64,000 nt of DNA, from the NCBI GenBank assembly GCA_002748055.1, contig PDRI01000096.1, positions 13,432 to 77,431 of the forward strand, given 5' to 3'. The translations under genes were made by a program, and so were the position numbers. Below are positions 17,808 through 28,083 of this stretch, one piece after another (position 1 is the stretch's first letter; each line of letters begins with the position of its first letter). Source of the stretch: Bacteroidota bacterium (GTDB lineage: Bacteria; Bacteroidota; Bacteroidia; Bacteroidales; GCA-2748055). The notes beneath the pieces were generated by a model that did no database searches, was not told the origin of the DNA, and was given only the letters and a program-made list of their open reading frames with translations.

Positions 17808-20800
17808 ATGCTGAACAGAATCATAGAATTTGCATTGAATAACCGCATCCTGGTTGTCTCGCTTTCGCTTCTGATCCTGGCCGGTGGTTTGTTTACCCTC
17901 CCTGACATGGATATCGATGTTTTTCCCGATCTGACCGCACCCACAGTGACCGTACTTTGCGATGCCCATGGCATGGCTGCTGAAGAGGTTGAGTCCCTGG
18001 TAAGCTTTCCCATCGAATCGGCCATGAATGGTGCCACCCATGTCCGGAGAGTCCGGTCCTCCTCTTCCTACGGCTTTTCAATCGTATGGATCGAATTCGA
18101 CTGGGATATGGATATTTATCGGGCACGCCAGGTAGTGAGTGAACGGCTTCCAGTCATCGCTGCACAATTGCCGGCTGGTATTGAAGCGCCCATCCTGGCG
18201 CCCCAAACCTCGGTAATGGGCGAAATCATGCTGATCTCCCTCAGATCCGATACCCTGTCAATGGCCGAACTACGGGATGTAGCCGACAAACAGATCAGAC
18301 AGCGCCTGCTTTCAGTTACGGGGGTTGCACAGGTCGTAACCATCGGCGGCTATCCCAAAGAATACCAGGTCCTGGCCGATCCCTTCAAAATGGACTACTG
18401 CGATGTAAGCCTGGAGGAGCTGAGAACGACGGTCAGGAACACAAACAAAAATGCCTCGGGTGGTTTCATCAAGCAACACGGACAGGAATACACGATCAGG
18501 GCCACAAGCCAGACAAAGGATCCTCTCGAGCTCGGTGCTTCGGTAATCAAGATCCGGAAAGGGCAACCGGTGAAGATCAGCGATGTGGCAAGCCTTCGTA
18601 CAGGCAGTCCCGACCAGATTGGTGAGGCCCGCCTGAATGGCAGGCAGGCCATCATTATGACCATCCTGAAACAACCCGACGTAAACACCATGCAGCTGAC
18701 TGCCGATGTAGAAGCTGCCCTTGAAGGACTAAAGGCTACCATGCCTCCCGGGGTAGAGATCAACCCGGCTATTTTTCGACAAGCCGATTTCATCGATACA
18801 GCCGTGAAGAATGTACTCAGAGTCCTGATGGAAGGCGGCTTTTACGTCAGTCTCATCCTCTTCTTCTTCCTGCTAAACATGCGTACAACTGTCATCTCCC
18901 TGCTTGCCATTCCCCTTTCTTTGCTCCTCTCGCTGATCACCCTGAGGCTGCTGGGCTTCACCATTAATACCATGTCGCTGGGTGGCATGGCCATTGCGAT
19001 AGGTGTACTGGTCGACGATGCCATCATCGATGTGGAAAACGTGCTGAAACGCCTCAAACAAAACCATCGCAGGAAGCCCGAAGAGCGGGAAAACACCATC
19101 CGGGTTATCTACAAAGCCTCTGTGGAGATTCGCTCTTCCATTGTTCAGGCAACCCTGATCATCATCATTGCCTTTATGCCGCTCTTTTTTCTGTCTGGAT
19201 TTGAAGGGCGTATGCTGAAACCCCTGGGAATTACCTTCATTGTATCGCTGCTGGCCTCACTGGTGGTTGCCCTTAGCCTGACACCGGTACTGGCCAGCTA
19301 CCTGCTGACCACCGAAAAGCAACTCTCCCGGGACGAACGCGGGCGCAACCGCATCGTGCAGCAGCTTAACCACTGGTACACCGGTTTTCTGAGAAGGTTA
19401 TTGCCCTATCGAAAAGCTGTAATAGGAGTGGCGGCCGGGCTCTTCCTTTTGACCCTCCTGCTCTTCTTCAGGCTGGGGAGTGCCTTTCTGCCCGATTTTC
19501 ATGAAGGCACACTGACCATCTCGGCCACCACCCTCCCGGGCGTTTCCCTGCCCCAAAGCAATGCCATGCTCGACCAGGTAGATGCCGAACTGATGCAGAT
19601 TCCGGAGGTACGCTATGTGAGTCGCCGTACCGGGAGAGCCGAACTCAATGAACACAGCCACGGTGGTTCCAATACCGCTGAGATTGATGTTCCCTACATC
19701 CTTGACCATCGGAGGCATGCCGATTTTATGAAGGAAGTCAGGGAAAGACTATCGGGTATCGCCGGACTAAACCTGAATATTGGTCAGCCGCTTGGACACC
19801 GCATCGATCACATGCTATCCGGAACCAGGGCAAGCATCGCCATCAAACTCTTCGGCCCCGATCTGGGTAAAATGTATCGCCTGGCCAATGAAATAGCGAA
19901 AGAAATTGAAACGATAGACGGTCTGGTAGACCTCAACGTGGAACAGTTGGTGGAGATTCCCCAGATTCAGATTCAACCCCGGCGCGAGATGCTGGCCCGT
20001 TATGGCATCTCCATGAACCAGTTCAATGCATTTGTTGAAACGGCGATTGCAGGCGAGGTCTGTGCCGAGGTCTACGACGATAACCTGAGTTACCCGGTAG
20101 TTCTTCGCTACGAAGAAAGCTTCCGGAACAGCCTGGAGGCCCTGCGCAACACAAGAATCGATGCAGCCAACGGACCTAAGATCCCCCTGAGCTACGTAGC
20201 CGATCTGGTTTCAAGTTCCGGACCCAATACCATCAACCGCGAAAAGGTCATGCGTAAGCTGGTCATCTCGGCCAACACAGCAGGACGCGACCTGGGAAGC
20301 GTAGTAGCCGACATCCGTACACGAATCGATGAACATGTGGATCTGCCTCCTGAGTACCGGATCGAATACGGGGGCCAGTTTGTGAACGCACGACAGGCCA
20401 GAAGCACCCTGCTGATCACCTCGCTTCTGGCCATCCTGGCCATCTTTGTCATCCTTTTCCAGGAATTCAGGAGTGGCAGCCTGGCAGGGATCATTTTGCT
20501 GAACCTGCCTCTGGCACTCATTGGCGGGGTGGCTGCAGTCTGGATTACTTCTGCTACGGTCAGCATTCCCTCCATCATCGGCTTCATTACCCTCTATGGC
20601 ATCGCCACCCGCAATGGCATCCTTTTGGTTTCCCGGTACAGCCATTTGCGAAAGGAGGGACTCGGACTGGTCGATACCATTGTACAGGGTTCGGCCGACC
20701 GCCTTAATCCCATCCTGATGACCGTTTTGGCCTCAGCACTGGCACTGATTCCCCTGGCCCTGGCCGGGGATAAGCCCGGGAATGAGATTCAGAGCCCCAT

Positions 20801-20897
20801 GGCAATCGTCATACTGGGCGGACTGGTGAGTTCCACTCTCCTGAATCTCCTGGTCATCCCCTCTGTGTACTATATGCTAGAAAAAGGAAAATCATGA
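17808..20897 (+). CDS. CusA/CzcA-family heavy-metal efflux RND permease
   Basis: ATG at 17808 gives MLNRIIEFALNNRILVV...DVFPDLTAPTVTV. About 1030 aa with a 12-TM RND layout. The N-terminal block resembles HME-RND pumps. Confidence 0.85.
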   Translation: MLNRIIEFALNNRILVVSLSLLILAGGLFTLPDMDIDVFPDLTAPTVTVLCDAHGMAAEEVESLVSFPIESAMNGATHVRRVRSSSSYGFSIVWIEFDWDMDIYRARQVVSERLPVIAAQLPAGIEAPILAPQTSVMGEIMLISLRSDTLSMAELRDVADKQIRQRLLSVTGVAQVVTIGGYPKEYQVLADPFKMDYCDVSLEELRTTVRNTNKNASGGFIKQHGQEYTIRATSQTKDPLELGASVIKIRKGQPVKISDVASLRTGSPDQIGEARLNGRQAIIMTILKQPDVNTMQLTADVEAALEGLKATMPPGVEINPAIFRQADFIDTAVKNVLRVLMEGGFYVSLILFFFLLNMRTTVISLLAIPLSLLLSLITLRLLGFTINTMSLGGMAIAIGVLVDDAIIDVENVLKRLKQNHRRKPEERENTIRVIYKASVEIRSSIVQATLIIIIAFMPLFFLSGFEGRMLKPLGITFIVSLLASLVVALSLTPVLASYLLTTEKQLSRDERGRNRIVQQLNHWYTGFLRRLLPYRKAVIGVAAGLFLLTLLLFFRLGSAFLPDFHEGTLTISATTLPGVSLPQSNAMLDQVDAELMQIPEVRYVSRRTGRAELNEHSHGGSNTAEIDVPYILDHRRHADFMKEVRERLSGIAGLNLNIGQPLGHRIDHMLSGTRASIAIKLFGPDLGKMYRLANEIAKEIETIDGLVDLNVEQLVEIPQIQIQPRREMLARYGISMNQFNAFVETAIAGEVCAEVYDDNLSYPVVLRYEESFRNSLEALRNTRIDAANGPKIPLSYVADLVSSSGPNTINREKVMRKLVISANTAGRDLGSVVADIRTRIDEHVDLPPEYRIEYGGQFVNARQARSTLLITSLLAILAIFVILFQEFRSGSLAGIILLNLPLALIGGVAAVWITSATVSIPSIIGFITLYGIATRNGILLVSRYSHLRKEGLGLVDTIVQGSADRLNPILMTVLASALALIPLALAGDKPGNEIQSPMAIVILGGLVSSTLLNLLVIPSVYYMLEKGKS

Positions 20898-22069
20898 TCA
20901 AAAAAATCAGTCTAGGCCTGCTTCTTCTGGGATGGGGAGTAAGTGCCACAGCCCAGTATTTCCCGGATACACTCATGAGAACGGTCCTGGAACACAATCC
21001 CGCTCTGAAAGTGGCCCGTGCACAAAAAGAGGCCAGCATCCTGGCTGCCGGTACAGGCAACACCCTTTATAACCCAAGCTTCGAATTCGACTATCTCTTT
21101 GGAACCCCAAAAGAAATCGGAAACAAGGTCAATCTGAGATTGAACCAAAGCTTCGACTTCCCGACAAGCTATCTGCACCGCACGCGGCTGCGGGATTTAA
21201 AAACAAAGCAGGCCGAACTGGATTACGTTCTGGTCCGCCAGGAGATCCTCCTCAAGGCCCGCCTCCTATGGCTGGAACAGGTTTTTCTAAGGGAGCAGAG
21301 TTCCCTGTTCCGACAACGGCTTGGAAAAGCGAAACAGCTGCTTGATTACTACAGAACCCAATTGGAACTGGGAGAATGCGACCAGTTAACTTACAGCCAG
21401 GCCGTTCTTCAGTATACCGTGCTGGAGGGACAGGCCGACCAGGTGAAAAGCAGCATCTTGCAGAACCATCAGGCCCTGAAAGAATTATGTGGAGGTTTTG
21501 AAATCAGCGAAAATGCTTCCATGCTTCCCCTTTCGCATGCCATCCGGGCCGATTCGCTCAGAATGGCCTACAAAGAAGCTCCGGGCATCCTCCGTTACCA
21601 GGAAGAACTGAGAATCCGGGAGGGCCGGAAAAAGCTGATTCGCAGTGAGACCCTGCCCCAATTCTCGGCCGGGTACTTCTCGGAAGCGCTTATGAATCGA
21701 CAGTTCCAGGGCCTGCAACTGGGGATGTCGATCCCCCTCTGGGAAAACAAGGGCCGGGTGAAACAAGCCATATCCGAAATTGAGCTGGCAGGTGCCAGGC
21801 TGGAAGGCTATGCACTCGAACAGGAACGCCGGCTCGAGCAACAGCTTACTGAAGCGAATAGCCTCGACCAGCGGATACGACAACTTGAAGTCGCCCTGGA
21901 AAGCACCCATGGACTGGACATGTTGGATGCCGCCCTGAAAAGCGGAGAGATCTCAGCGGCAGACTACTATTACAGTTCGGATTTCTACTTCCGCAATCAG
22001 CTCCTGCTCTTAAACTACAAACAAGAACGCCTGACACTGGAAGCAGAACTCTATAAAATCTTCCTTTAA
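20894..22069 (+). CDS. TolC-family outer-membrane efflux protein (CzcC-like)
   Basis: ATGA overlap with the RND gene, a signal peptide, and coiled-coil-rich repeats typical of outer-membrane factors. Confidence 0.75.
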   Translation: MIKKISLGLLLLGWGVSATAQYFPDTLMRTVLEHNPALKVARAQKEASILAAGTGNTLYNPSFEFDYLFGTPKEIGNKVNLRLNQSFDFPTSYLHRTRLRDLKTKQAELDYVLVRQEILLKARLLWLEQVFLREQSSLFRQRLGKAKQLLDYYRTQLELGECDQLTYSQAVLQYTVLEGQADQVKSSILQNHQALKELCGGFEISENASMLPLSHAIRADSLRMAYKEAPGILRYQEELRIREGRKKLIRSETLPQFSAGYFSEALMNRQFQGLQLGMSIPLWENKGRVKQAISEIELAGARLEGYALEQERRLEQQLTEANSLDQRIRQLEVALESTHGLDMLDAALKSGEISAADYYYSSDFYFRNQLLLLNYKQERLTLEAELYKIFL

Positions 22070-22094
22070 GCAAAAGCGGTGCTTCAGCCGATAC

Positions 22095-23567
22095 TCAGTT
22101 CAAGGCTTCCAGGCTGAAGATTTCGAATCGGTCCATATCGACCCAATAGTGCTGGGCCAATTCTTCTACATACAGCCAGTAAGCGTCTGTCTTAAGCCCG
22201 TAGGTGCGAACCCCGTATGCGATGTCTGCCTTCATCCGCTGTGCAATCTCAGCGCTCAGTTCCAACCTGGCCTTACGACCATTGAAGCTAAAAATCAGGG
22301 ATGGACGCCTGGAAATGCTGTCGGACACGCTTATCAGGCCCTGGCCAATGGTAGACCCTGTGCTAATCTGAAGCCCGTCATTGAAACAACTAAAGGGGGG
22401 CCTGTTCCCTGCAAAACTCAGAATCTCAAGGTTATTAATCCCCACATTGAAGTACTCCATCGCACGGATACCTGCCTTGGCGCCAATGATAGAATAAATC
22501 CCGGTATGCCCGTGAATCTCGTTGGTCATGCAGATGGCTTTCCACTCCTGCAATCCGTATTTCCCGCTCACTTCTGCCAGAATGCCCGCATAAGCCGGTT
22601 TATACAGCGCTGTATCCAAAGGAAAACTGCTAAATACCCGGTTATTCGTGGCATTCGACGAGGCCAGTATCTGAGCGATGGTCTCCTGTAGAAAGCCGGT
22701 CGGAAGAGCAGGGTTCAGCGACACCAGATCCATGCCCTTTTCTTTCTTCAGATCGAAAAGTACAGGGGCATTCAGATAAACAGGAAGCAGATCATCCCAG
22801 AGCTTCAGGTGGCCGTCTCCAACTTTGGAAGCGACCTGGTCCTGTTTATGAACCCTGAGAATATGCTCCGCATAGGAAGATGGATGAGCCACAAGCCGGT
22901 CTATAAAAGATTGGTTAAAGGCGTAGTCCCGATCCCCGGCATCCAGAACAACCAGGGGGAGCTTAGTACCTTGAATGACCTTAAAAGCCGCCGGGTCGCA
23001 ACGATAATTGAATCCCTCCTCAATCTGGTGTTCATTGTACCAAAGGATGCGCTCAACCTTGTCTTTCAATTCGGGCGAAGTGCTGAACAATCGGGCATAG
23101 GTAGCCAGGGAACCCAAGGCCAGGAAGCTGACCTTTTCCGAATAGGTGGCCAGGACTTGTTGCAAAAGCCGATCTGAAGGTACAGGCGCCGGCACATTCC
23201 GCATACTTTCTTCCGTTCCCCAACTTACAGCCTTTGCAAAACCGGCCCACGGGGGTAAATCTATTGCCGGTTCACCGCTGATGCCCACCGGAACACCTTC
23301 ATGATGAAAGGTTCCCAGCAGAGCCCTTACCTTCCGGCTTACTTCCTGGGCAGGAAGAGTCCCTCCCGAACAGGTGATGGCAAGCACACGAACATCATCT
23401 GAGGCAAGCAGGATTGTAAGGGCCCGCATGTCATCAATGGCTCCATCTGTATCGATCACGACATGGAATTTTGGTTTACCCGAATGTCCAAGGACCGGGT
23501 TCGGCATAAAAAGGTTCAGTGCCAGCAGCAGGGCGGCAAAGATGCGCAAGTGTTGGAAAGCATTCAT
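22095..23567 (-). CDS. exported fusion: inosine-uridine nucleoside hydrolase-like domain plus FmdE-like domain
   Basis: Signal peptide, then VVIDTDGAIDDMRAL (the DxDxxxDD nucleoside-hydrolase motif). The C-terminal part has HGHTGIYSIIGAKAG and CFNDGLQISTGSTIGQG (FmdE/FwdE family pattern). Confidence 0.6.
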   Translation of the reverse strand: MNAFQHLRIFAALLLALNLFMPNPVLGHSGKPKFHVVIDTDGAIDDMRALTILLASDDVRVLAITCSGGTLPAQEVSRKVRALLGTFHHEGVPVGISGEPAIDLPPWAGFAKAVSWGTEESMRNVPAPVPSDRLLQQVLATYSEKVSFLALGSLATYARLFSTSPELKDKVERILWYNEHQIEEGFNYRCDPAAFKVIQGTKLPLVVLDAGDRDYAFNQSFIDRLVAHPSSYAEHILRVHKQDQVASKVGDGHLKLWDDLLPVYLNAPVLFDLKKEKGMDLVSLNPALPTGFLQETIAQILASSNATNNRVFSSFPLDTALYKPAYAGILAEVSGKYGLQEWKAICMTNEIHGHTGIYSIIGAKAGIRAMEYFNVGINNLEILSFAGNRPPFSCFNDGLQISTGSTIGQGLISVSDSISRRPSLIFSFNGRKARLELSAEIAQRMKADIAYGVRTYGLKTDAYWLYVEELAQHYWVDMDRFEIFSLEALN

Positions 23568-23965
23568 CGTTTAGTCTTCTTTTTCTTCCCGGACTTTTTC
23601 GTTTTCTTTTGCATGGCCTCAAGAATCAGCAGGGAAGCGTTTACTTCGGCCTTATCCACTTTCTTCTGCTGACAAAAGTAATGAAGTACCTCGCTCAGCG
23701 AATCGGAAAAATAATTTTTCAGTAGCCGGTCCATCTGCATATCCCGGTATTGCTTCTTCGACAGAAGGGGATAGTATTGGTAAGATCCACCATAGGCCCT
23801 GTAGGACACAATATCCTTTTTCACCAACACGCGCACGATGGTTGAAACGCTATTGTAGGGAGGCTTCGGATCGGGAAATTCAGCCTGGATATCCTTGATA
23901 AAACCCTTTTCGATCGCCCATAATATAAGCATGATACGCTCTTCCCCTTTCGTCAGCTTCAGCAT
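23564..23965 (-). CDS. BlaI/MecI/CopY-family transcriptional repressor with lysine-rich tail
   Basis: LTKGEERIMLILW...YNSVSTIVRVLVKKDIVSY is a winged-helix penicillinase-repressor pattern. The C-terminus is KKTKKSGKKKKTKR. Its stop overlaps the downstream start by 4 nt. Confidence 0.8.
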   Translation of the reverse strand: MLKLTKGEERIMLILWAIEKGFIKDIQAEFPDPKPPYNSVSTIVRVLVKKDIVSYRAYGGSYQYYPLLSKKQYRDMQMDRLLKNYFSDSLSEVLHYFCQQKKVDKAEVNASLLILEAMQKKTKKSGKKKKTKR

Positions 23966-24197
23966 AAAACAAGACTCATTTCAGGATAGTATTCTAAAAT
24001 AGAACTTATTTTTACGTTTTCCTATTTATTTATAAGTTATTATACCTTACGATTAAATATTTCGGGCCTCCATTGTCGCACCATAAACTGATAACATCGC
24101 TGCCTGAACAGCTAAAATGTTTAATGACATTCGTCCTTGGATTTCTTTAGAATCTTTCTAAACTTGCAGCATTGTTATTCACTAAAAAATAAAAACA

Positions 24198-24629
24198 ATG
24201 GCTATATCCACATTAAAACTCAACGCAAAAATGGGCAATAGCTTCAAAACTGAAGTAAACTGCTCACACCCTTTCATTATAGACCAACCAGAAGCCATGG
24301 GTGGAGAAGGCCTGGGCCCGAATCCCATGGAGATTTTCCTCTCCTCTCTTCCCGCATGCATTTGTGCCATCGGCCGAATCATTGCGAACCAAAAAAGGAT
24401 CAAACTGAACGGAATCAAGGTAGATCTGGAAGGCGATATCGACAAGGATTTTCTGCTGGGAAAAACCCAGGAAGGACGTGCCGGATTTACAGAAATCAGG
24501 GTTAATGTAGATATCGATGCAGATATGAGCAAGGCTGAAAAGGAAGACTACCTGAAAGAAATCACCAGGCGCTGCCCAATCGCCGACAACATTACGTTCA
24601 CCTCCACCATCAAGGAGACGATTAAGTAA
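24198..24629 (+). CDS. OsmC-family peroxiredoxin-like protein
   Basis: GGEGLGPNPMEIFLSSLPACICAIG and C-terminal RCPIADN, the two conserved Cys regions of OsmC/Ohr. Confidence 0.8.
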   Translation: MAISTLKLNAKMGNSFKTEVNCSHPFIIDQPEAMGGEGLGPNPMEIFLSSLPACICAIGRIIANQKRIKLNGIKVDLEGDIDKDFLLGKTQEGRAGFTEIRVNVDIDADMSKAEKEDYLKEITRRCPIADNITFTSTIKETIK

Positions 24630-24656
24630 GACGCCCTGATTTATTCAAATGAACTA

Positions 24657-24695
24657 CCGGGCCGAAGCTGATCGTTAGCTTCGGCCCGGTTTGTT
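24657..24695 (+). terminator. rho-independent terminator after the OsmC gene
   Basis: CCGGGCCGAAGCT-GATCGTT-AGCTTCGGCCCGG, a perfect 13-bp stem, followed by TTTGTT. Confidence 0.75.
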
Positions 24696-24756
24696 ATCGG
24701 CTCCCCCTGTCGGATGCCCCGGATAAAGACTGACAAAAAAACCATCCCGACACAGG

Positions 24757-25593
24757 ATGTCGGATAGTAAATCGACCAGGCAACCATCTATGAAAGCTCG
24801 TATCCTGATTTTACTGACCGTGCTTTTTGCACAGGCTGTCTATTCCCAGACCGGCACGTTCCAATGGCCCGATAATAAAAAAGCGGCTATCTGCCTCACC
24901 TTTGACGATGGCCTGGACTGTCATCTCGACAAGGCCATTCCGCTGCTCGACTCTTTCAATGTAAAGGGCACCTTCTATTGCACGGCTTATTCAAGCTCAC
25001 TGGGGGCCCGTATTCCTGAATGGCGCAAGGCTGCTGCAGAGGGACACGAACTGGGAAATCACACACTGTTTCACCCCTGTGATGGCCGTCGAAACAACTG
25101 GGTCAGACCCGAATACGATCTGTCCAACTATAGCAGGGAAGAAATTCGGGATGAACTCAGAACAGCCAACACCCTGCTAAAAGCAATAGATGGCCGGGAA
25201 GAAAGAACCTTTGCCTATAGCTGTGGAGATTACAGGGTTGCGGGCGACAGTTCCTTTGTCGACATTGTTCAAGCCCTTTTCCCGGCAGCCAGAAATACGG
25301 TACAGGGCCTTCCCTCCTCCATGAACTCGATCGACCTTCACTTCGTGCCAAGCCGTGGTATGCACAATAAAACAGGACAGGAACTGATCCACTTTGCAGA
25401 GGAAGCCCGTGAAAAAGGGACGATGGCTGTTTTCATGTTCCACAGTGTTGGTGGAGGCTACCTGAATATCCCCACCGAAGCCCTCAGGGAACTGCTTCAA
25501 TACCTCAACGATCACTCCGGCGACTACTGGGTCGACAGCTTTTACAATGTTACCCGCTACATTGCTTCAAAACAGCAGGATTCAGGAGAATAG
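24757..25593 (+). CDS. polysaccharide deacetylase (CE4) family protein
   Basis: Signal peptide, then CLTFDDGLDCHLD and NHTLFH motifs. The alternative start ATG at 24790 (MKARILILL) is equally plausible. Confidence 0.75.
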   Translation: MSDSKSTRQPSMKARILILLTVLFAQAVYSQTGTFQWPDNKKAAICLTFDDGLDCHLDKAIPLLDSFNVKGTFYCTAYSSSLGARIPEWRKAAAEGHELGNHTLFHPCDGRRNNWVRPEYDLSNYSREEIRDELRTANTLLKAIDGREERTFAYSCGDYRVAGDSSFVDIVQALFPAARNTVQGLPSSMNSIDLHFVPSRGMHNKTGQELIHFAEEAREKGTMAVFMFHSVGGGYLNIPTEALRELLQYLNDHSGDYWVDSFYNVTRYIASKQQDSGE

Positions 25594-25684
25594 TAAGCCT
25601 TATTAAGCCCTTTATAAGCTGCAGTCGGACCAGTATTTTTGAATCCAGGGCTTTAGCAGCTATCTTCGTCTAAAACTGCATGAA

Positions 25685-28042
25685 ATGAAAACCCCGGCAA
25701 CCATCCTTCCCATTCTTATCCTTGCCCTGTTTTCCTGTAAACAAAACGACCGGCCCGATACCAAAAAGCCAGACACTGAAGATCTTCTTTGGTATCGCTC
25801 GCCAGCAACTGCCTGGATCGAAGCATTGCCCCTGGGAAACGGACGCATTGGTGCCATGGTCTTCGGGGACCCCCACAAAGAACGCATCCAGCTAAATGAT
25901 GATTCCATGTGGTCCGGAGCGGCTGAATGGGATGAACCTTTGGGCCGGCCCGGTGACCTTCAACAGATTCGTCGCCTCCTGATGGAAGGAGACCATGCAG
26001 GGGCCGACCGGCAATTTGTGGAACGCTTTTCTAACAAGCGTATCGTGCGCTCTCATCAGACCCTGGGAGAGCTTTTTATTGAGATGGATTCGGGACAGAT
26101 CAGCGACTATCGCCGGGAACTGAACTTAAGTAAAGCACTGTGCACCGTCTCCTACAAAAGAAACGGACATGCCTTTAGCGAGTGTGTACTGGCCTCCCAC
26201 CCAGACCAGGTCATCGCAATCAGACTAAACTCGGAAGATCCTGAAGGCTTCGATGCACGACTGATGCTGGAAAGGCCCGATGATGAAGGCATTCCCACGG
26301 TAAAGACATGGGCCGGGGAAAACTGCATCTATATGGAGGGGGAGGTCACACAGCATGGTGGACTGTTCCGCTCCGAAGCTGTAGATATCGACCATGGGGT
26401 GCGCTTCCGCAGCCTGCTTAAGGTCGACCACCAGGGCGGGCAGTTAACAACAGACGGGCAAAGCCTTTCCCTGGAAGGGGTCCGGCAGGCCACCCTGTAT
26501 TTTGTAAACAATTCGTCCTGGTACGGCGAGGATTTTAAGGAAAAGGGGGCGAAACAGCTCCTTGACCTGGAACATTGCGATTTCGAAGAGCTGCTCGCCC
26601 GGCACATCCAGGATCACCAGAGCTACTACAATCGCACCAGGCTGCATTTATCCGGCGAACGCTACAAGGACCGACCCACCGACGAACGGCTCGCAAGGCT
26701 TAGGGATGGATTCGAGGATGCTGCACTCAGCGAACTGCTGTTTAACTATGGCCGCTATCTGCTGATCGCCTCATCCCGTCCGGGAAGCAACCCGGCCAAC
26801 CTGCAGGGCTTGTGGAACGAGCACATCAACGCTCCATGGAATGCAGATTATCATTTGAACATCAATTTGCAGATGAACTACTGGCTGGCCGACATCTGTG
26901 GTTTAAGCGAGCTGAATGAGCCCCTGTATGCCTATATCGACCGCCTGATCGAAAGGGGAAAGAAGACTGCAATGACCAATTTCGGTTGCCGCGGGAGCTT
27001 CCTCCCGCATGCCACCGACCTGTGGGCACCAACCTGGCTGCGAGCCCCAACCGCTTACTGGGGTTGCTCCATGGCAGCAGGCGGATGGATGCTGCAACAC
27101 TACTGGACAGGTTTTGAATACAACCGGGACACAAGCTTTCTCCGAAACAGGGTCTTCCCGGCACTTGAGCAAGTGGCCCTCTTTTACAGCGACTGGCTCA
27201 TAGAGGATCCACGCGACGGAAGCCTGGTATCGGCTCCCTCTACCTCGCCCGAAAACCGTTTTATCACGGCCAAAGGCGATACTGTAGCCAGCTGCATGGG
27301 AAGCGCGATGGACCAGCAGGTGATCGCCGAGGTTTTTTCCCACTACCTCGAGGCCTGTAAGATCCTGGGAATAGAAAGCGAATTGCACTCAAGCATTACC
27401 CGACAACAGAAGAAACTGCGTCCGGGATTTGTCGTTGGAAAAGACGGCCGCATTCTCGAATGGGACAGAGCCTACAGGGAACCGGAGCCCGGGCACCGGC
27501 ACATGTCTCAGGTCTATGGCTTCCATCCCGGCACAGATGTTTCCCCGGAAACCAGCCCCGAGATCTTCGAAGCAATCAGGAAAACACTCGATTATCGCCT
27601 GGCCAATGGCGGTGCGGGGACAGGCTGGAGCCGGGCCTGGCTGATCAACTTAAGTGCCCGGCTGCTGGAAGGAGAGATGGCCTATGAACACATTGGCCTG
27701 ATGTTCAGAAAATCGATTAGCGACAATCTCTTTGACATGCATCCACCCTTCCAGATTGATGGCAATTTTGGCTTCAGCTCGGGGCTTGCAGAAATGCTGC
27801 TCCAGTCACATGAAAAGGATATTCTGCGCATATTGCCGGCCCTGCCAAAGGCCTGGCCGGATGGATATGTTCTTGGATTGCAGGCCCGTGGTGGAATGAG
27901 CCTCGACATCGAATGGAAGGATGGCCGGGCCAGTTCCGTCCGCATCCATTCCCTCCACAACAATCGTTTCACCATGAAAGTGAATGGCCTGGACCTGCCG
28001 GTATCAATCGCTAAAGGGGATACTTTTGAGTGGAAAAACTAA
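25685..28042 (+). CDS. glycoside hydrolase family 95 (alpha-L-fucosidase-type)
   Basis: WYRSPATAWIEALPLGNGRIGAMVFGDPHKERIQLNDDSMWSG is the characteristic GH95 N-terminal block. 785 aa with a lipoprotein signal (LFSC). Confidence 0.85.
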   Translation: MKTPATILPILILALFSCKQNDRPDTKKPDTEDLLWYRSPATAWIEALPLGNGRIGAMVFGDPHKERIQLNDDSMWSGAAEWDEPLGRPGDLQQIRRLLMEGDHAGADRQFVERFSNKRIVRSHQTLGELFIEMDSGQISDYRRELNLSKALCTVSYKRNGHAFSECVLASHPDQVIAIRLNSEDPEGFDARLMLERPDDEGIPTVKTWAGENCIYMEGEVTQHGGLFRSEAVDIDHGVRFRSLLKVDHQGGQLTTDGQSLSLEGVRQATLYFVNNSSWYGEDFKEKGAKQLLDLEHCDFEELLARHIQDHQSYYNRTRLHLSGERYKDRPTDERLARLRDGFEDAALSELLFNYGRYLLIASSRPGSNPANLQGLWNEHINAPWNADYHLNINLQMNYWLADICGLSELNEPLYAYIDRLIERGKKTAMTNFGCRGSFLPHATDLWAPTWLRAPTAYWGCSMAAGGWMLQHYWTGFEYNRDTSFLRNRVFPALEQVALFYSDWLIEDPRDGSLVSAPSTSPENRFITAKGDTVASCMGSAMDQQVIAEVFSHYLEACKILGIESELHSSITRQQKKLRPGFVVGKDGRILEWDRAYREPEPGHRHMSQVYGFHPGTDVSPETSPEIFEAIRKTLDYRLANGGAGTGWSRAWLINLSARLLEGEMAYEHIGLMFRKSISDNLFDMHPPFQIDGNFGFSSGLAEMLLQSHEKDILRILPALPKAWPDGYVLGLQARGGMSLDIEWKDGRASSVRIHSLHNNRFTMKVNGLDLPVSIAKGDTFEWKN

Positions 28043-28083
28043 GCATCTCGTTTTCAGAGGAGAAAATCAAAATACGCGGGCAC

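Noticed and set aside
5244-28042. GH29, GH95 and CE4 with TonB receptors as a polysaccharide utilisation locus
   Set aside because: No SusD-like gene follows any of the three receptors, and the CAZyme genes are separated by unrelated operons. This is not a canonical PUL.
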